A DNA stretch of 64,000 bases from Lama glama. Its lineage: Eukaryota. This document shows, in pieces, positions 37,481 to 50,039 of the stretch; the stretch's first letter is position 1, and every line of letters starts with the position of its first letter. A model generated the notes under the pieces. That model was not told where the DNA came from. It worked only from the letters and a program-made list of their open reading frames with translations, and did no database searches. The stretch is taken from positions 1,428,001 through 1,492,000 of the forward strand of contig CM052817.1 of the NCBI GenBank assembly GCA_028534125.1, in the 5' to 3' direction. A program made the translations under genes and the position numbers.

Positions 37481-37814
37481 TTTTTCCAGTTATTAGTGGA
37501 AGGCTGTTCAGTATCACTGACACTAGTTTGTTCCCTGTTCACTTCCCGTCAGCATTCTTAAGTCTCCCCGCTGGCTCACACATTCTCTTTGCTTCCTGAA
37601 CTGTACTGTGTTTTCTTCGTATTTCCATCCCTGCTCTTCTCTCTCAGCCTGACTGTGCCTTTGGGAAGAGAGTTGCTATTGTTCATCCTAGTTTTGGAGG
37701 CAACTGAAAATGCCTATAATTTCCCATTGTCAGCGCTTGCCACAAGAGGAGTCCCATTTCCTGACTCCCAGTCTGATCAACAAATGGGAATTCTCTCCTC
37801 ATCAAAAAAGTGAT

Positions 37815-37933
37815 GGGGGTGGGGAATAGCACAGTAGTAGAGTGTGTACTTAGCATCCATGTAGCCCTGGGTTCAATCCCCGGTACCTCCATTAAATAAA
37901 TAAACCTAATTACCTCCCCCCTCAAAAACAAAG
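37815..37933 (+). mobile_element. tRNA-derived camelid-type SINE
   Basis: gggttcaatcccc B box, aaacctaattacctccccc tail, flanking aaa(a/g)agtgatg duplication. Confidence 0.88.
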
Positions 37934-38111
37934 AAAGAGTGATGCCAGGGACCACAGAGGTGTAGTGCTGCCCTGTGTTTGTAGACTTAGACCTTCTGTT
38001 ACTTTTGTACAGTTGGCCTCTTTGTTCAAGCTGGTTACAGTTGCTGGCCTTCTTTGAAAAATACAATGTAACTTACATTTAGTGAAATTCACCCACTTAG
38101 AAGTCTGCATA

Positions 38112-38270
38112 GAGGGGAGGGCACAGCTCAGTGGTTGAGTGTGTACGTAGCATGCGCGGGGTCTTGAGTTTAATCCCCAGTACGTCCTCTGTAAACAAAC
38201 AAACACAAACCGGATTACCTCCCCCCAAAAACAAAAACAACCAACCAGTTAATAAGATATGTGTATCTTT
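38112..38270 (+). mobile_element. tRNA-derived camelid-type SINE
   Basis: ggggagggcacagctcagtgg...gagtttaatccccagtac...attacctcccccc; degenerate TSD aagtctg..ta. Confidence 0.85.
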
Positions 38271-41204
38271 TAAGTCTGTGTAATTCAGTAAGTTTTGACG
38301 AATCTGTACAGCTGTGTGACCACCACCACCGCAGTTAAGGTACGGAACACCCCCCCCGAGTTCCCTTGGTCGCCTTGATGGACAACCCTTCCGTACTTCC
38401 CAGCCGCTCGTAACTACTGGCGTGATTTTAGTCCCCACGGATTTGCTTTTCCCAGAGTGTTACGCAGACTTCTTTACCTCGGCATAATGCTTTGAGAGCC
38501 GTGCGCCTGCAGTGTGTTCCTTTTTGTTGTGGAATGAATTGTAGAGATGTACCACGGTTTGTGTATCCTGCACCATTGATCAGCATTGGTCTTGTTCCAG
38601 ATTTGGACTGTTCTGCGTCGAGCCATTGTGAGCACTCTTGTTCAAGTGTTTCTGTGGACACTCTTTTTACATGTTGGTGGAGTGATTTGCTCATGTGTGG
38701 TTAAGGGCTGTGTCTTTGCTCATGGAGCTCCTTAAAGTCTTGTCCTTGACATCTTTCAGGGCCTCGCAGGATGAGTTGAGATGTGTTCCTGCTCCTCCTC
38801 TTTTCTGGAAGAGTTTGTGTTGTTTTGGTGTCACTTCTTCCTTAAGTGTTGTTGGCTCTTGGGTTTGTTTCCTCCCGCTGTGTGGTGCAGGGCCCGACAG
38901 TGCATGTGGAGACCATGGCGACCATGGGGCTGAGGCCGATGTGTGCACTCAGGAGCGGTGCCTTGTGTGCGCCCGTGAGCTCAGTCCATCTGGTCAGCAC
39001 TGGAGCTGGCCTGACTTTGCTCTCGGTGGTGCCAGGCGCTGCTCCTGGTGCTCGTGTGGGCCGGAGGGGCCTCTCCACACTCTGCCGCCTTTGTGTGGTG
39101 GCGGGCAGAGCCTCCCACGTGGCGCTTTCTCCATTCGCTCATCAAGCCTGAATCTTGGGCAGCCCTGTGCCCGGATGTGAGGTGCAGCTTTCCTGGTAGT
39201 CCCTCCCGTCCCGAGGCAGCCAGGTTCTTCCTGTACATCTAGGGGTCTTGGGCATGACCTGTGCTTGTGTGGGTCTGGGCCTTTCTCCTAGGTGAGGGGT
39301 TTAGGCCCCTTCTCTCAGTGGGTCAGGCCTGGGCCCCGGGTGGAGGCACCCACCACCCTAGCAGTGAAGGCTTCTCCTTGCTCCTAGAGGAGGGCCAAGC
39401 TGGGCCTGTCCCACTGGCCGCACTCAGCCTTCGCAGACTCCTTACAGGCTGAGCTGTTTTCTCTGGCCTGCTGTCCATCCGTCTGTCCGTCCTTCCTTCC
39501 TCAGCTGGAGGTGAGCCAGCGACGCATGCCTCGTCCTCAGAGAGCTCACTGCGCTGTCCGGCCCAGCTGGTCACGCGAGCTCTCTGGTCTGCAGGCTGTT
39601 TCTCGTCGTCAGGGTGAGAGCTCTGAGCCACTTGGAAGCAGGTGTGGAACTGGACTGCTCCCTTCTTAACAAGCGCCCTGTTGTCCAGGGTCACGGTAGA
39701 CCTTTCTCTGGACACCACCTCTCGGTTCCATGTTGTCAGTTTCTTCTATCCCTAGACCTTGTCGTGCCCAGGCATGTTTCAGACATTCCACTTGACTGTG
39801 TCTCCAAGGTCACTTGCCTGACTGTCCTCCACTGCCAGGTTGTCGGACCCGTCCCATCCCTTTCCCCCCATTGGGTCCCTCTGGCCTCAGCCTTCTCCTG
39901 GATCAGCCGGGTTCCGCGGCTCTGCTCTGCCCTCTCTCTCGCAGAGCCGCCCGACTTCTCTGATGGGAGCCTGGTTCAGCGGGCACACGCACGTGCACGC
40001 ACAGGTGCGCACGCGCAGGGCGTTTCTGGAGAAACCGCCGCCCGGCACAGCGCTTCCCCAGGTGGTGGTGCCAGGCCGCGGAAGGGCTCGTAGCATCTGC
40101 ATGGCTTGGTTCCTACACCCGAGGTAGAGCGAGCCCCTCCTCCTCCTCTCTTCCCAAGTTCCCCCGCCCCCTCGGCTTGCTCGGCTCAGCGCCTGACCTT
40201 CCTACTTGAGGGAGAAGGTGGAAGCCAGCACCCAAGCCCTCACTGCCACTCCCCCACCCCCACCCACGCCATCCCGAATTTCTGCTGCAGCCACTTTGCC
40301 CTGGCCCTGTCTCACTCATCTCAGGGCGTCTACGCAGGCCAGGCACAGAGCGGGCATCTCTGGGGAGTGGTTTTTGAATGAAGGAATGGCCCTGCCTGTG
40401 AGTGTTTCCGGACTTCAGACTGTTCACAGTGCTCATCCCGCACTAGAGTTCACGCTTTGGGGCTGTGAGTTGGCAATATAGGGAAGGTTTTCAACTGTGC
40501 ATCCAATGCACTTGGTAACAGTGGTTTCTCTTCATGAGTGAGACTTGTTAATTTTTGTGTTTAAAGAAGTTGCATAATCACTTCACAATACATGTAAGTC
40601 ATTATGCTGTACATTCTAAATGTACACAGTGCTGTGTGTCAGTTATATCTCAGTAAAACTGGGGCGGGGAGAAATTTGCCCATTTTATGTCGAATGTAGT
40701 GGCATGAAGTTGTTCAGAATATTCCCTTGTCTTTTTAATTTTTGTAGGCTCTGTAATGATTGTGTGGCTTTCGTTCCTTTTATCGGTTGCTTTAGTTTTG
40801 TTTCTGTCTCTTTTTTCCCCCGATAACCTGGCTAGAGGTTTATCTTTTTGTTGTTGTTGGTTCTTTTCAAAGAACCACATTTTGCCTTACTTGACTTTCC
40901 ATTTTCTATTTCATTAATTTCTGTTGTTAGGTTTACTACTTCTTTCTTTACACTTAATTTATTATTCTTTTGGTTTTTTTAGGGTAGAAGTTTGTATCAT
41001 TGATTTGAAACCTTCTTTTGTTATATGTGTTTAATTCCATAGAATTCTCTCTAAGCATTCCTTTAGCTGCATTCACAATTTTGGTAAGTTGTATTCTTCA
41101 TTCTGTTCAAAATATTTTAATTGCTCTTACCATGAGTTATTCTTTGACCCATGAGTTATTTAGAAGTATGTTTTTTCACTTCCAAATATTTTGGAGTATT
41201 TTCT

Positions 41205-41740
41205 AGGTACTATTTTATTTTATTTTTATTTTTATTTTTTAGAGCAGTTTCAGGTTCACAGCAGAATTGAGCAGAAAATACGGAGTGTTTGCACATAGCC
41301 CTCCCCACCAGCACATATGTGCTCCCCTACGCTCAGCATCCCTCATCAATGTGGCATATTTGGCACAATCGATGAACCAGCATGGACACATTATCATCAA
41401 CCAAAGTCCATAGTTTACATGAGGGCTCACTCTTGATGTTGTACATTCTGTGGGTATTGACAAATGCATGATGACATGTAGCCACCACTGTAGTATCACA
41501 CAGAATAACTTCATTGCCCTAAAAATCACCTGTGCCCCATCTGCTCATCCCTCCCCCCTTCCCTCCCTCTGTCCAAACCCCTGGAAACCACGATCTTTTT
41601 ATTGTTTCTGTAGCTGTGCGTTTTCCAGAATGTCCTTTGGTTGGCATCGTACAGTTTGTAGCCTTTTCAGACTGGCTTCTTTCATTTAGTAATGTCTTTT
41701 AAGTTTTTTCTTTGTCTTTCATGGCTTGATAGCTCATTTC
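41205..41740 (-). mobile_element. L1MC-type 3' end within older antisense L1 ORF2 sequence (from about 40480)
   Basis: gcagtttcaggttcacagcagaattgagcagaaaatac; homologous to 24186-24700. Confidence 0.75.
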
Positions 41741-41859
41741 CTTTGTTTTTTTTACTGCACATGTATTTTTTAACTTACATATATGTACTGTTCACTGTTT
41801 CTAAGAATGTTTAGAGCTTTAGCTTTCATAGTTATCAAAGGAATAAGGCCAACCACAAA

Positions 41860-42480
41860 ATAAGAGTTAATTCAAAAAGATACATACACCCCACTATTAA
41901 CAGCAACATTATTTATAATTGCCAAGATATGGAAGCACCCTAAGTGCACATCAATAGTGGAATAGATAATGAAGATGCAGCATATATACACGTAATGGAA
42001 CACAGCTCACTCATAAGAAGGGAGGATATTTTGCCATTTGTGGCCCTTCATTCACTTTTTTTTTTCACTTCAAAAACCAGAATTTTGTAACCTGCATAAA
42101 CATTTCCATTACATCAAAATCAACAAAATACCTGGAAATAAACTTCACCAAGGAGGTTACCTATTCTCTGCAAACCGAAATGACACAAAGAAATAGAAAG
42201 ATTTCTTGTGCACTTGGATTGGAAGAATCAACACTATCAAAATGGCCACACTACCCAAAGCAACCCACAGATCCAGCGCTACCTCCGTCAAAATACTCGT
42301 GACATTTGTGACATTCCTCACAGAGCTAGAGCAAACAATTCCAAAATTTATAAGGAACCACAAAAGGCCTTGAACAACCAAAGCAATCTTTTGTAGGTCT
42401 CTTTTTTTTTTTCCGCTTTCTTCTTTTTGTTCTCTTTCCTTATGGTTTAATGACCAGAGAAGGTCCTTTAACATTTGTTG
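41860..42480. mobile_element. Patchwork of short L1 fragments in mixed order and orientation
   Basis: + strand ORF2 C-terminal piece (about 41860-42040), then a more 5' + strand ORF2 piece (aatggccacactacccaaagc, about 42120-42390), then antisense ORF1-end-like pieces (about 42410-42483). Confidence 0.65.
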
Positions 42481-45400
42481 TAATAGATAACCTTTTTAAA
42501 ATTGAGGTATAGTTGACGTACAACGTTATGCTAGTTTCAGTTGTATGTATTGGATTAATTGAATTTTTATGACCCTTTTTTACCCCCTCTTGGCTTCTTA
42601 CCTATGTCGCCTTGTTTCATAATTTTTGGTGATTCTAGAATATATGTCTTTAACTTTTCAACCTCTACTTTCACGGGTTAGTGTATACTGAACATGTAGC
42701 GTAAGAACCTTACAGACACTGTGCGCAGAGCATCGTCAGTTTTTGTGCTAATGTAGTCATATTTTTTCCCATATAATAAACTTCCACCATAGATTTTTAT
42801 TATTGTTGCTGTAAGTAGTTATCTTTTTAAAAGGTTTTGGAAATGAGCAGAGTCTTTGGCGTATGTCTTTGTCACACGTGGCAGTCTTCATCCCTTAACG
42901 CAGCCGTGGCTTCATTTGGGGCCGCTCTCCTGTCTCAGGAACGGCCTTTATTTGACATTTCTTGTGGCGCAGGGAAGCTTCTGGTTGTCCGACTGAGAGC
43001 TTTTATTTTGCCCTCCTTTTAACAGACCCTTGTCAGTGGTGTCCTCTGCCTGCGCCTCAGGCGTGGTGTCACCACCGGCTCTCAGCGCTGCGCTGTGTGC
43101 CAGGTGTGTTTGCTCTGTGTGTATTGTGCTTGGGATTACGTGAGCTCTTACACTGTCCTTTTACAGTTTCATCAAGTTTGGGAAATCTTCAACTATGTAT
43201 TCGTATAGCCTCCTTCTTCTCGAACACGGTTACCTGTAAAGCATCTTGATTTTGTCTTACAAATTCTTTTTGCTTTTTTTCAGTCCTGTTTCTTGCTCTG
43301 CTTCATTTTGGATTATTTTTCATTACTTGTCCTCGGGTTTATTGATACTCTGGTCTTAAGTCTGTCTTGTGTAAATTTTTTCTTTCAAGACATTTCACTC
43401 TTGAAGTCCCATCTGCTGCTTATTCAGTTTCTCACCGCATCATCTCTATGTTTTCCTCTCCTTTCTTGAACATGAAGTTTATTTATAGTCTCCAGTTTCG
43501 GGTTCTTGCCTGCTGATTGCATCACCTCTGTCATTTGGGGTTCCATTTCTGTTGATTGCCCCCCCCCCCGGGTTTGGTGTCATATTTTCCTGCCTCCCAG
43601 CTTTGCCATTGGACGCTGAACACTTCTTTATGTCATTGCAGTGTCAGGTGTTGTGTTCTCTTGACACATGTGGGACTTGGGACATAATAGCTGAAGTTAA
43701 GTCTGTCTAGTGTGAGCAGTATAAGGCCACACGGTCAGCGTGCGCCCTCTTTTGAAAGACCCCCTGCTGGCGGGAAGCGGTCCTTCCCAGGTACTTGGTT
43801 GCTGCTCGGAGCCCAGCCGCGTGCCGGGCAGCAGCGTTGTGCTGGTGCACAGTGCCCCTGGGGCTGGGGTACAGTGGAGGGCAGGGCGCGCTGGGTCACA
43901 GAGCTGATCTTCTCCCGGTGGACACAGGGAAAAGACAGGAAATCCTGGGAATTCAGATAGCAGTGTGTGCTGGAAGAGATGGGCTGGGTGACTGGGGTCA
44001 GGAGGGGTCAGCTCACCACTGGTGTGAACAGGGCCCTTGAGCGTGAAGACTGACTAGCTGGTGACAGGGGATCGACACCCAGACCTGTGGTGGGAGCCCC
44101 GAAGACGGGAGCGGAGGGGCGCGGGGGCCAGGACAGAGGAGCGGTGCTTCAGGGCAAAGAGCGCGGGTTTGGAGCTGAGGCGCAAACACTGACAGCTGGT
44201 TGGCCGGCCTCCCTGAGCAGGTGATCTTTCTGCTGATTGTTAGAGGGGGTTCTGTCCAGAGCCCTTCAGAGGTTCAGTGGATTCACACTCCGGGGGGGCA
44301 AGAGCAGTGGGAGACCTGCAGGCCGGGAGGAAGTGGAGAGTTCGTGCACGGGAGGAATGGGAGGTGTCTTTCCAGGGGCCGCGTGCCCTCACTTACACCT
44401 GAACCCCGCCCTGGCTCCTTGCGTCCGGGCAGGCAGTGTGCCGTCCCCTCGGGGGTTGTGGGTGTCCTTGGGATTGGAGGGAGGGGGACGGCCTTGCTGC
44501 CGGGTGTGACAGTGGAAGAGAAGGAGAGAGTCGCCTCCTCCGTTGACGTGAATGGGCCTGCTGCTCCCAGTCCGACAGCCCTGACCCACCTGTCAGACGT
44601 GTCGTCTTGCCAGTCACTTTGGGAACCAGAATGGTCTTATTTTCAGGTGTCCGAGTCATATCTGTGGAAAATCCCAGTGTCTCCCTCGTTCAGAGCTCCT
44701 CACCTGGCCTGAGTGGATGACGGGGGCGGTTGCAGGGTCCTGCATCCTCGTGCTTCCGGCTCTTCCATTCTTGCTGCTCTGTCTGCTTCTCTTTAGTGTC
44801 CGGGCAGGGTCCTCACAGGCTGCCCAGGGAGGTGGCTCTCGCTTGTAGGAGGCCCTGGTGTAGGTTTTCCTAGCCCTCCGCTGGGACCTGGCACCAGGCT
44901 GCCTGCTGGGGACTGTATGACACCCCCATCCCTGCTCGGCCCCCCCTGTAATTCGGGATCCACTCATCCAGCAGGAACCTTTTCAGGTAGGGTTCTCGTG
45001 ATGGCACCACCTGGTGCTGGCTATCCCCTGCTCCCGACCCCTGTCCACTGGCGAGGCTCTGACTAGTCCCCACCCTACCCACCTAGGCTTTCCTGTCACA
45101 ACGTCAGATACCCGTGTCCGTGTGCCCAAACTCCACGGGGCGCGCTCACCCTGGGAAGAGTCTCCTTGCGCTTTGCCTGGCAGTGAAGTGCTTCTGATGC
45201 CCAAGCCCGCTCGGGCCGCGGAGGGTGGGGGCGGGTGGTCTTCCCTTGCCCCACCAGGGCGGGGAAGGAGCCCACCCCACGTCCCTCGGGAGCTCTCCTG
45301 AGGCCATGCCCTCTGCAGGCTGTGGGGGCGATGGTGGGAGGTGGCTGCCCTGCTGTGAGCCCTTCTTCACCACGTGGGGTCTGGAGCCCATGCCCCCAGA

Positions 45401-46047
45401 TGTCAGAGTCCCTTCTGGGCCCCGTCCCCGAGGGACAAGGTGGCGGCTGGGTGGGTGGTGGGATCAGGTTCTGAGACAGGAGAAGATGAGGGAGGAAAAG
45501 GAGCTGGTGGGGGGCGAGGCTATCTTCATGTTCTAGACAGTGGCTGCTGCATGGGAGGTAAGGCGGTCTGGGCCCGCGGCATCCTGCCTCGTGGTCCTGG
45601 CTCCTGTCCCTCCGTCAGAACGGGTGGTGGCTTACGGGACTCTGAGCACAGAGAGGCCGCGACCCCCACCCTCACAGGGGGCTCCGAGTGGCCACCAGCT
45701 CCACCAAGTGCCGTCCGGGCGACTTTGGGGCTCTCGCGCAGGGTAGGGTGCGCCAGGGTGGACACTGGGGTGGGTGTTGTGAGTACTGAGAGGACACTGG
45801 GAGTTGAATCGCTCTTTTTCTGAAGTAGGAAAGAAGTTCATTGCCGGTCCTCCTGTGATTATGATGTAACTACCAGAAGGAGAAGAAAAGATTCTTCCAA
45901 ATAAAGTTCTTGGGGGTCAGAGAAAGTTTCCTGTGTAATTAATGTCGGTTAAAATGTTTTCTTTTCAATGTGTAGGCTTAGCATTTTTTCTAAAAGGCAT
46001 TTTCCTGAAGAGTTAATAAGAAATCTGTTCTGTTTCCTTTGAAGCAG

Positions 46048-46205
46048 GGCCAAGACTTCCTTCTGCACTCCCCCCTGGGTTCACAGCCGGAGGCCGGCGG
46101 TGGCGGTGGGAGGCTGGCCCTGGGCGCTCAGCCGCTGTCCCCGGCCGGGCTGGGCGCGGGCCCCTCAGATGCGGCATGTGCCTGTGAGGCCTGCAGCGAG
46201 CGCAG
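46048..46205 (+). CDS. FAM193A: FAM193A coding exon (phase 0/2): GQDFLLHSPLGSQPEA...ACACEACSERR; alternative acceptor at 46045
   Basis: Acceptor ttctgtttcctttgAAGCAG|, donor AG|gtacgg; 158 nt keeps the frame. Confidence 0.9.
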
Positions 46206-46722
46206 GTACGGCCCGCGGGGGATGGGACAGCACTTGTTTGAGCCGCTCCCCAGAGTAAGACAGCAGCCTGAGGAAGAGAGGCTCCCGCTTGGTTCCTGCC
46301 CGGGGGATGAGGCGGAGGGGGCTTGTCCTCAGAAGGGGAGGGAGGCTCTGAGTGTTTAGAACCTCAAAGACGCCCCTCCCCAGCGGCCGGGCAGAAAGAC
46401 GGCATCTGCGGGCCGAGTGGGGACTGGGGCTGGTGGGCATCTTGATGCTGACAGTCAGGGAGGTGGAGGGAACTGGGTGGTGTGGACCTTCCTGTGATGC
46501 GAGGGGGTCTGGAAGCTCCTGGAGACGAGACCTCAGGGCCTGGACGGCTCGGGCGCAGGGCAGTGCGGGGACACGCCTCTGTCCTCCCTGGGGGTGACAG
46601 CAGACCACGCAGCCGCCCAGCACAGGGAGCTGGGTGTGGAGGCCTGGGGTGTCGGGAGAGGCGGGGAGGATGCTGGTTGTGGCCATGAACTCTGACCTCT
46701 GTGCTGTCATGCTGCCCCACAG

Positions 46723-46890
46723 GGACATTTCGGCGGAGACGGAGCGGGAGCCTCAGCAGCTGCAGAACTGCTGGTCAGAAGTGCGCTACATGGTCCGCTG
46801 CATTTACCGCCAGGCGGGGACCCCGCTGGCAGATGACCAGGACCAGTCTCTGGTGCCCGACAAGGAGGGGGTGAAGGAGCTCGTGGATAG
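46723..46890 (+). CDS. FAM193A: FAM193A coding exon (168 nt, phase 2/2): DISAETEREPQQLQNCWSEVRY...KELVDR
   Basis: Acceptor ccccacag|, donor AG|gtacac; in frame with both neighbours. Confidence 0.93.
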
Positions 46891-49804
46891 GTACACGGGG
46901 CCCCGGCCCCGGCCCTCCCTCCCCTGTGGCCAGGGGCCTCCCTCTGCTCGGGCTGGGCCTCTCAGGACCCACTGGTGCTCCACTGCGCCAGCTCGGCCCC
47001 ACGGGCAGTGCGGGCCTTCCGCAGACAGACTGGGTCAAGTGTCGCATTCTCCTTCTACTGGACCGCTCATTACCTGTGTGATAAACTTGAGTGGAAGCGT
47101 TTCTGTCATTTGTCAGTGTTGAGACAGTGACACTCCTTTTGGGCACTTGTGCCAGGGGTGGCTCTGGGCACTTCCTCAAGCACTCTTACTTTAGTGGCCC
47201 GAGGCGGAGAGGCAGATACGGGTTAGGAGGTGAGAAGCCTGAGGCTCTGCGAGGCGGCACGAGCGGAGAGCTGGCACCGCGGCCTGTTGGCGTGGGTGCT
47301 CCTCCCGGAGGAGGGGCTTAGATGTGGCGTCTGTGCTCCTGCAGGTGCTTTGTGCCCAGAGATGTAGAGTCTGAGGTAGGCATAATTTTTATTCTCCCTC
47401 ATAGTTTGCAGCATCTTTTTTCTCTTTTTTGAAGTGTTCTAAATGAAAGCAATAAATTTGAGCAAGGTGTTCCGTGGGTCGGTTCTCGTCTTGGTCTTTC
47501 TCTCACATTTTGAAATCAGCCCCTCTGGGGCCCCATTTGCCACGCAGGAAGTGCATCGTGGAGGTGGGGGGCGGGGCGGGCTGTGGGCTGTACTGACTGG
47601 TCGGTGATTCAGGTTTAGCCTGTGAACCTCTGGTGTTATGTGAGGCGGTTTTGGGTGGTGTGCCTTTTCTGGAAGTTAGATTTCCTTGGGACTGTTAGGG
47701 AAGAATGTATAACCTGCCCATCAAACCTTTGCAGTTTACGAATGCTTAGAAAGAAGCTGAGTGAAATGAAAGTTTAAAGAAAACGTTCAGCAAATGCTAA
47801 TACAGGTGAGGGATGGTACAGCAGAAGTTGTGAAGGTCTGTGTGAACTGTGGGGTCCAGGAATAGCAGCACTCTCATAATGAAACTTGCTGTTAAGAGTG
47901 TGAAAAGTTCCACGCCCCTGTTTGAGGTATGCACTTGTTTCTCCTGGTCTCTGTGTCTAAGAACATCCCTTTTTGGGTGTTTGAGTGTCCGTGCACACCA
48001 GGAAGGCGCTGTCCGTAGAGCCCGTTTCTAGGAGCCTGCACGGCTGGGGCGGTGAGCCGTTGCCCCTCTCCGCGGCCCCCAGCCCTGCCTGCTCTTGCTT
48101 TGCACCCCTCCCCCGTCCTCACACACTCACACTGCGTTCCAGCGCACTGGCCCTGGTGCTGTTCCTGCCCCGGGGCCTTGGCGTTTGTGCTCTTCTCGCT
48201 CTAGAATGTTCTTTCTTGCCTGGGCTTTCTTTTCCTCCCTTCTGTTATTCACGTCAGTCTTCAGAGTCACTGTCTCAGAGAAGCCACCCTCTCTGAAGCC
48301 CGAGGGGCCTCCCCCATCACTCTCGGTCCCCTTACCTCCTCTTGTGTCGCATGACTGCCACCACCTGGAACCACGTGTGCTGTAAGCATCGGGAGGGCAG
48401 AAGGTCTGCTTCCCTGGGTTGGTCCCCACTGCGGCTCCGTGTTTGCTGAATGTGTGTGTGGCTGAGCTGCTGCAGCATCTTGGTCATACAACGTTTGCAA
48501 AAGTACCATGCGGTTGCTTCATTGAATTCATAAGGTACAGAAATGGACAAAGAAATAAGATAAAATGCATATTTAATTCCACCGTACTGAGAGGACTGAG
48601 AAGGGGGCGTCCAGTCTGCTTGTAAGTTTGATTGTCCCTGTGTCATTTGAGTCTTTTGTGACTTTTCTTTAACAGATGAAATGCATTCTGTTTCAGGGAC
48701 AGTTGTTAACACTAGTAATTAAAATTATGATTATGCTGAGCTGAAAAATGAATGCATCCATCTGAACTGTGCCACCCACAGTGGGAGTCCCATCCGTTCT
48801 CGTTGTCTCTCTGGCCACGTTTTGTGTAAGGCCACGCGTGTTCCAGTTTTACTTGACTCGTGTCTTTTGCAGCCTCAGTGGTGTAATTTGAAAGTGGAGC
48901 AGGTGATGACCTACGTTCATCTCTTGACCCAGAGTGGTGCCTAGAGGTGAAAGTTTCCACTGTGTAAAATCCAGGGGCTGTAGCTTAGTGTATTTTACTT
49001 ACAACCTGGGTGCTGTGCTCAAGTGCCCCCCCCCTCCTGGGACGGGCTGCAGCTGGGTGTGGTAGTCGTGGCTTCAGTGGTCGTGGGGTTCCGTCTGTGG
49101 GCTCCCGGAAGTGCACAGTTGAAACAAGTGGCCATGCCAAATATTGCAGAATGTTTTTAAAAGTTGGCTGTCTCCATGTTAGGAAAGAAGTTTGAAAATG
49201 ATCATTGCTCTTGTGACCTGATTGGGGGCATGTGTTGATATTTTTTCTCTCATCTTCAGCTTACAAATTTTATAACTTTTTTTTTGGTGGGATAATTTTA
49301 AAGAGATATATGGTCTCTAAAGTTTCCTTGGATTATTAAAAACGACAAGCCCATTTGGATTGAATACCAAATTCCTAGGAAGAAGAAAGAGCAGTCTGCT
49401 CAGTCCTCCAGGCTAGGTGTCACCTCCTCTGGGTCCTTACTTTTCAGCTGTCTGCGCACAGTGGTGGTCTTCAGCCCTGGGTTTCGGTAGTTCTGGGGTG
49501 GAGGGCATGCGCCCACCAGCCGCCGAGGCTCTGCTGTGCGTGTCCGCCACCTGCTGGCCATGTGCAGCCGGCGACTCTCAGCCCCTGAGCCTGCCTCAGA
49601 CCAGGGCTTGACGCGGGGTTTGCCACAGAGCGAGCTCTCAGCAGATGCTGGCATTTCTGTCATCTGGCCGATGACTTTGGGGCCCCTCTGTGAGCAGGGC
49701 GACTGAGAGAAGACGCGGGTGTTGTTAGGCGCACGGCCGCACAGATGCCCCACGAGGGACCAGGGTGCCCCTCGGTGAGTGGTGACTGTCTCTCTCCTGC
49801 GCAG

Positions 49805-50039
49805 GCTCTGTGAGAGGGACCCCTACCAGCTGTACCAGCGGCTGGAACAGCAGGCCCGAGAGTACGTGCTGGAGATGAAGGTCCGGCTCCTCCGGCAGCT
49901 GTCTGCTGCATCCAAAGTGAAGTCGCCATCCGCCCTGCAGGGCCCCCCGCAGGCGCACCAGTTCATCTCCCTTCTCCTTGAGGAGTATGGCGCCCTGTGC
50001 CAGGCGGCCCGCACCATCAGCACCTTCCTCGGCACCCTG
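49805..50039 (+). CDS. FAM193A: FAM193A coding exon (235 nt, phase 2/0): LCERDPYQLYQRLEQQAREYVLEMKVRLLRQLSAA...ISTFLGTL
   Basis: Acceptor tctctcctgcgcag|, donor |gtaagt; contains MKVRLLRQLSAA (ATG at 49875), the N-terminus I recognise from human FAM193A. Confidence 0.96.
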
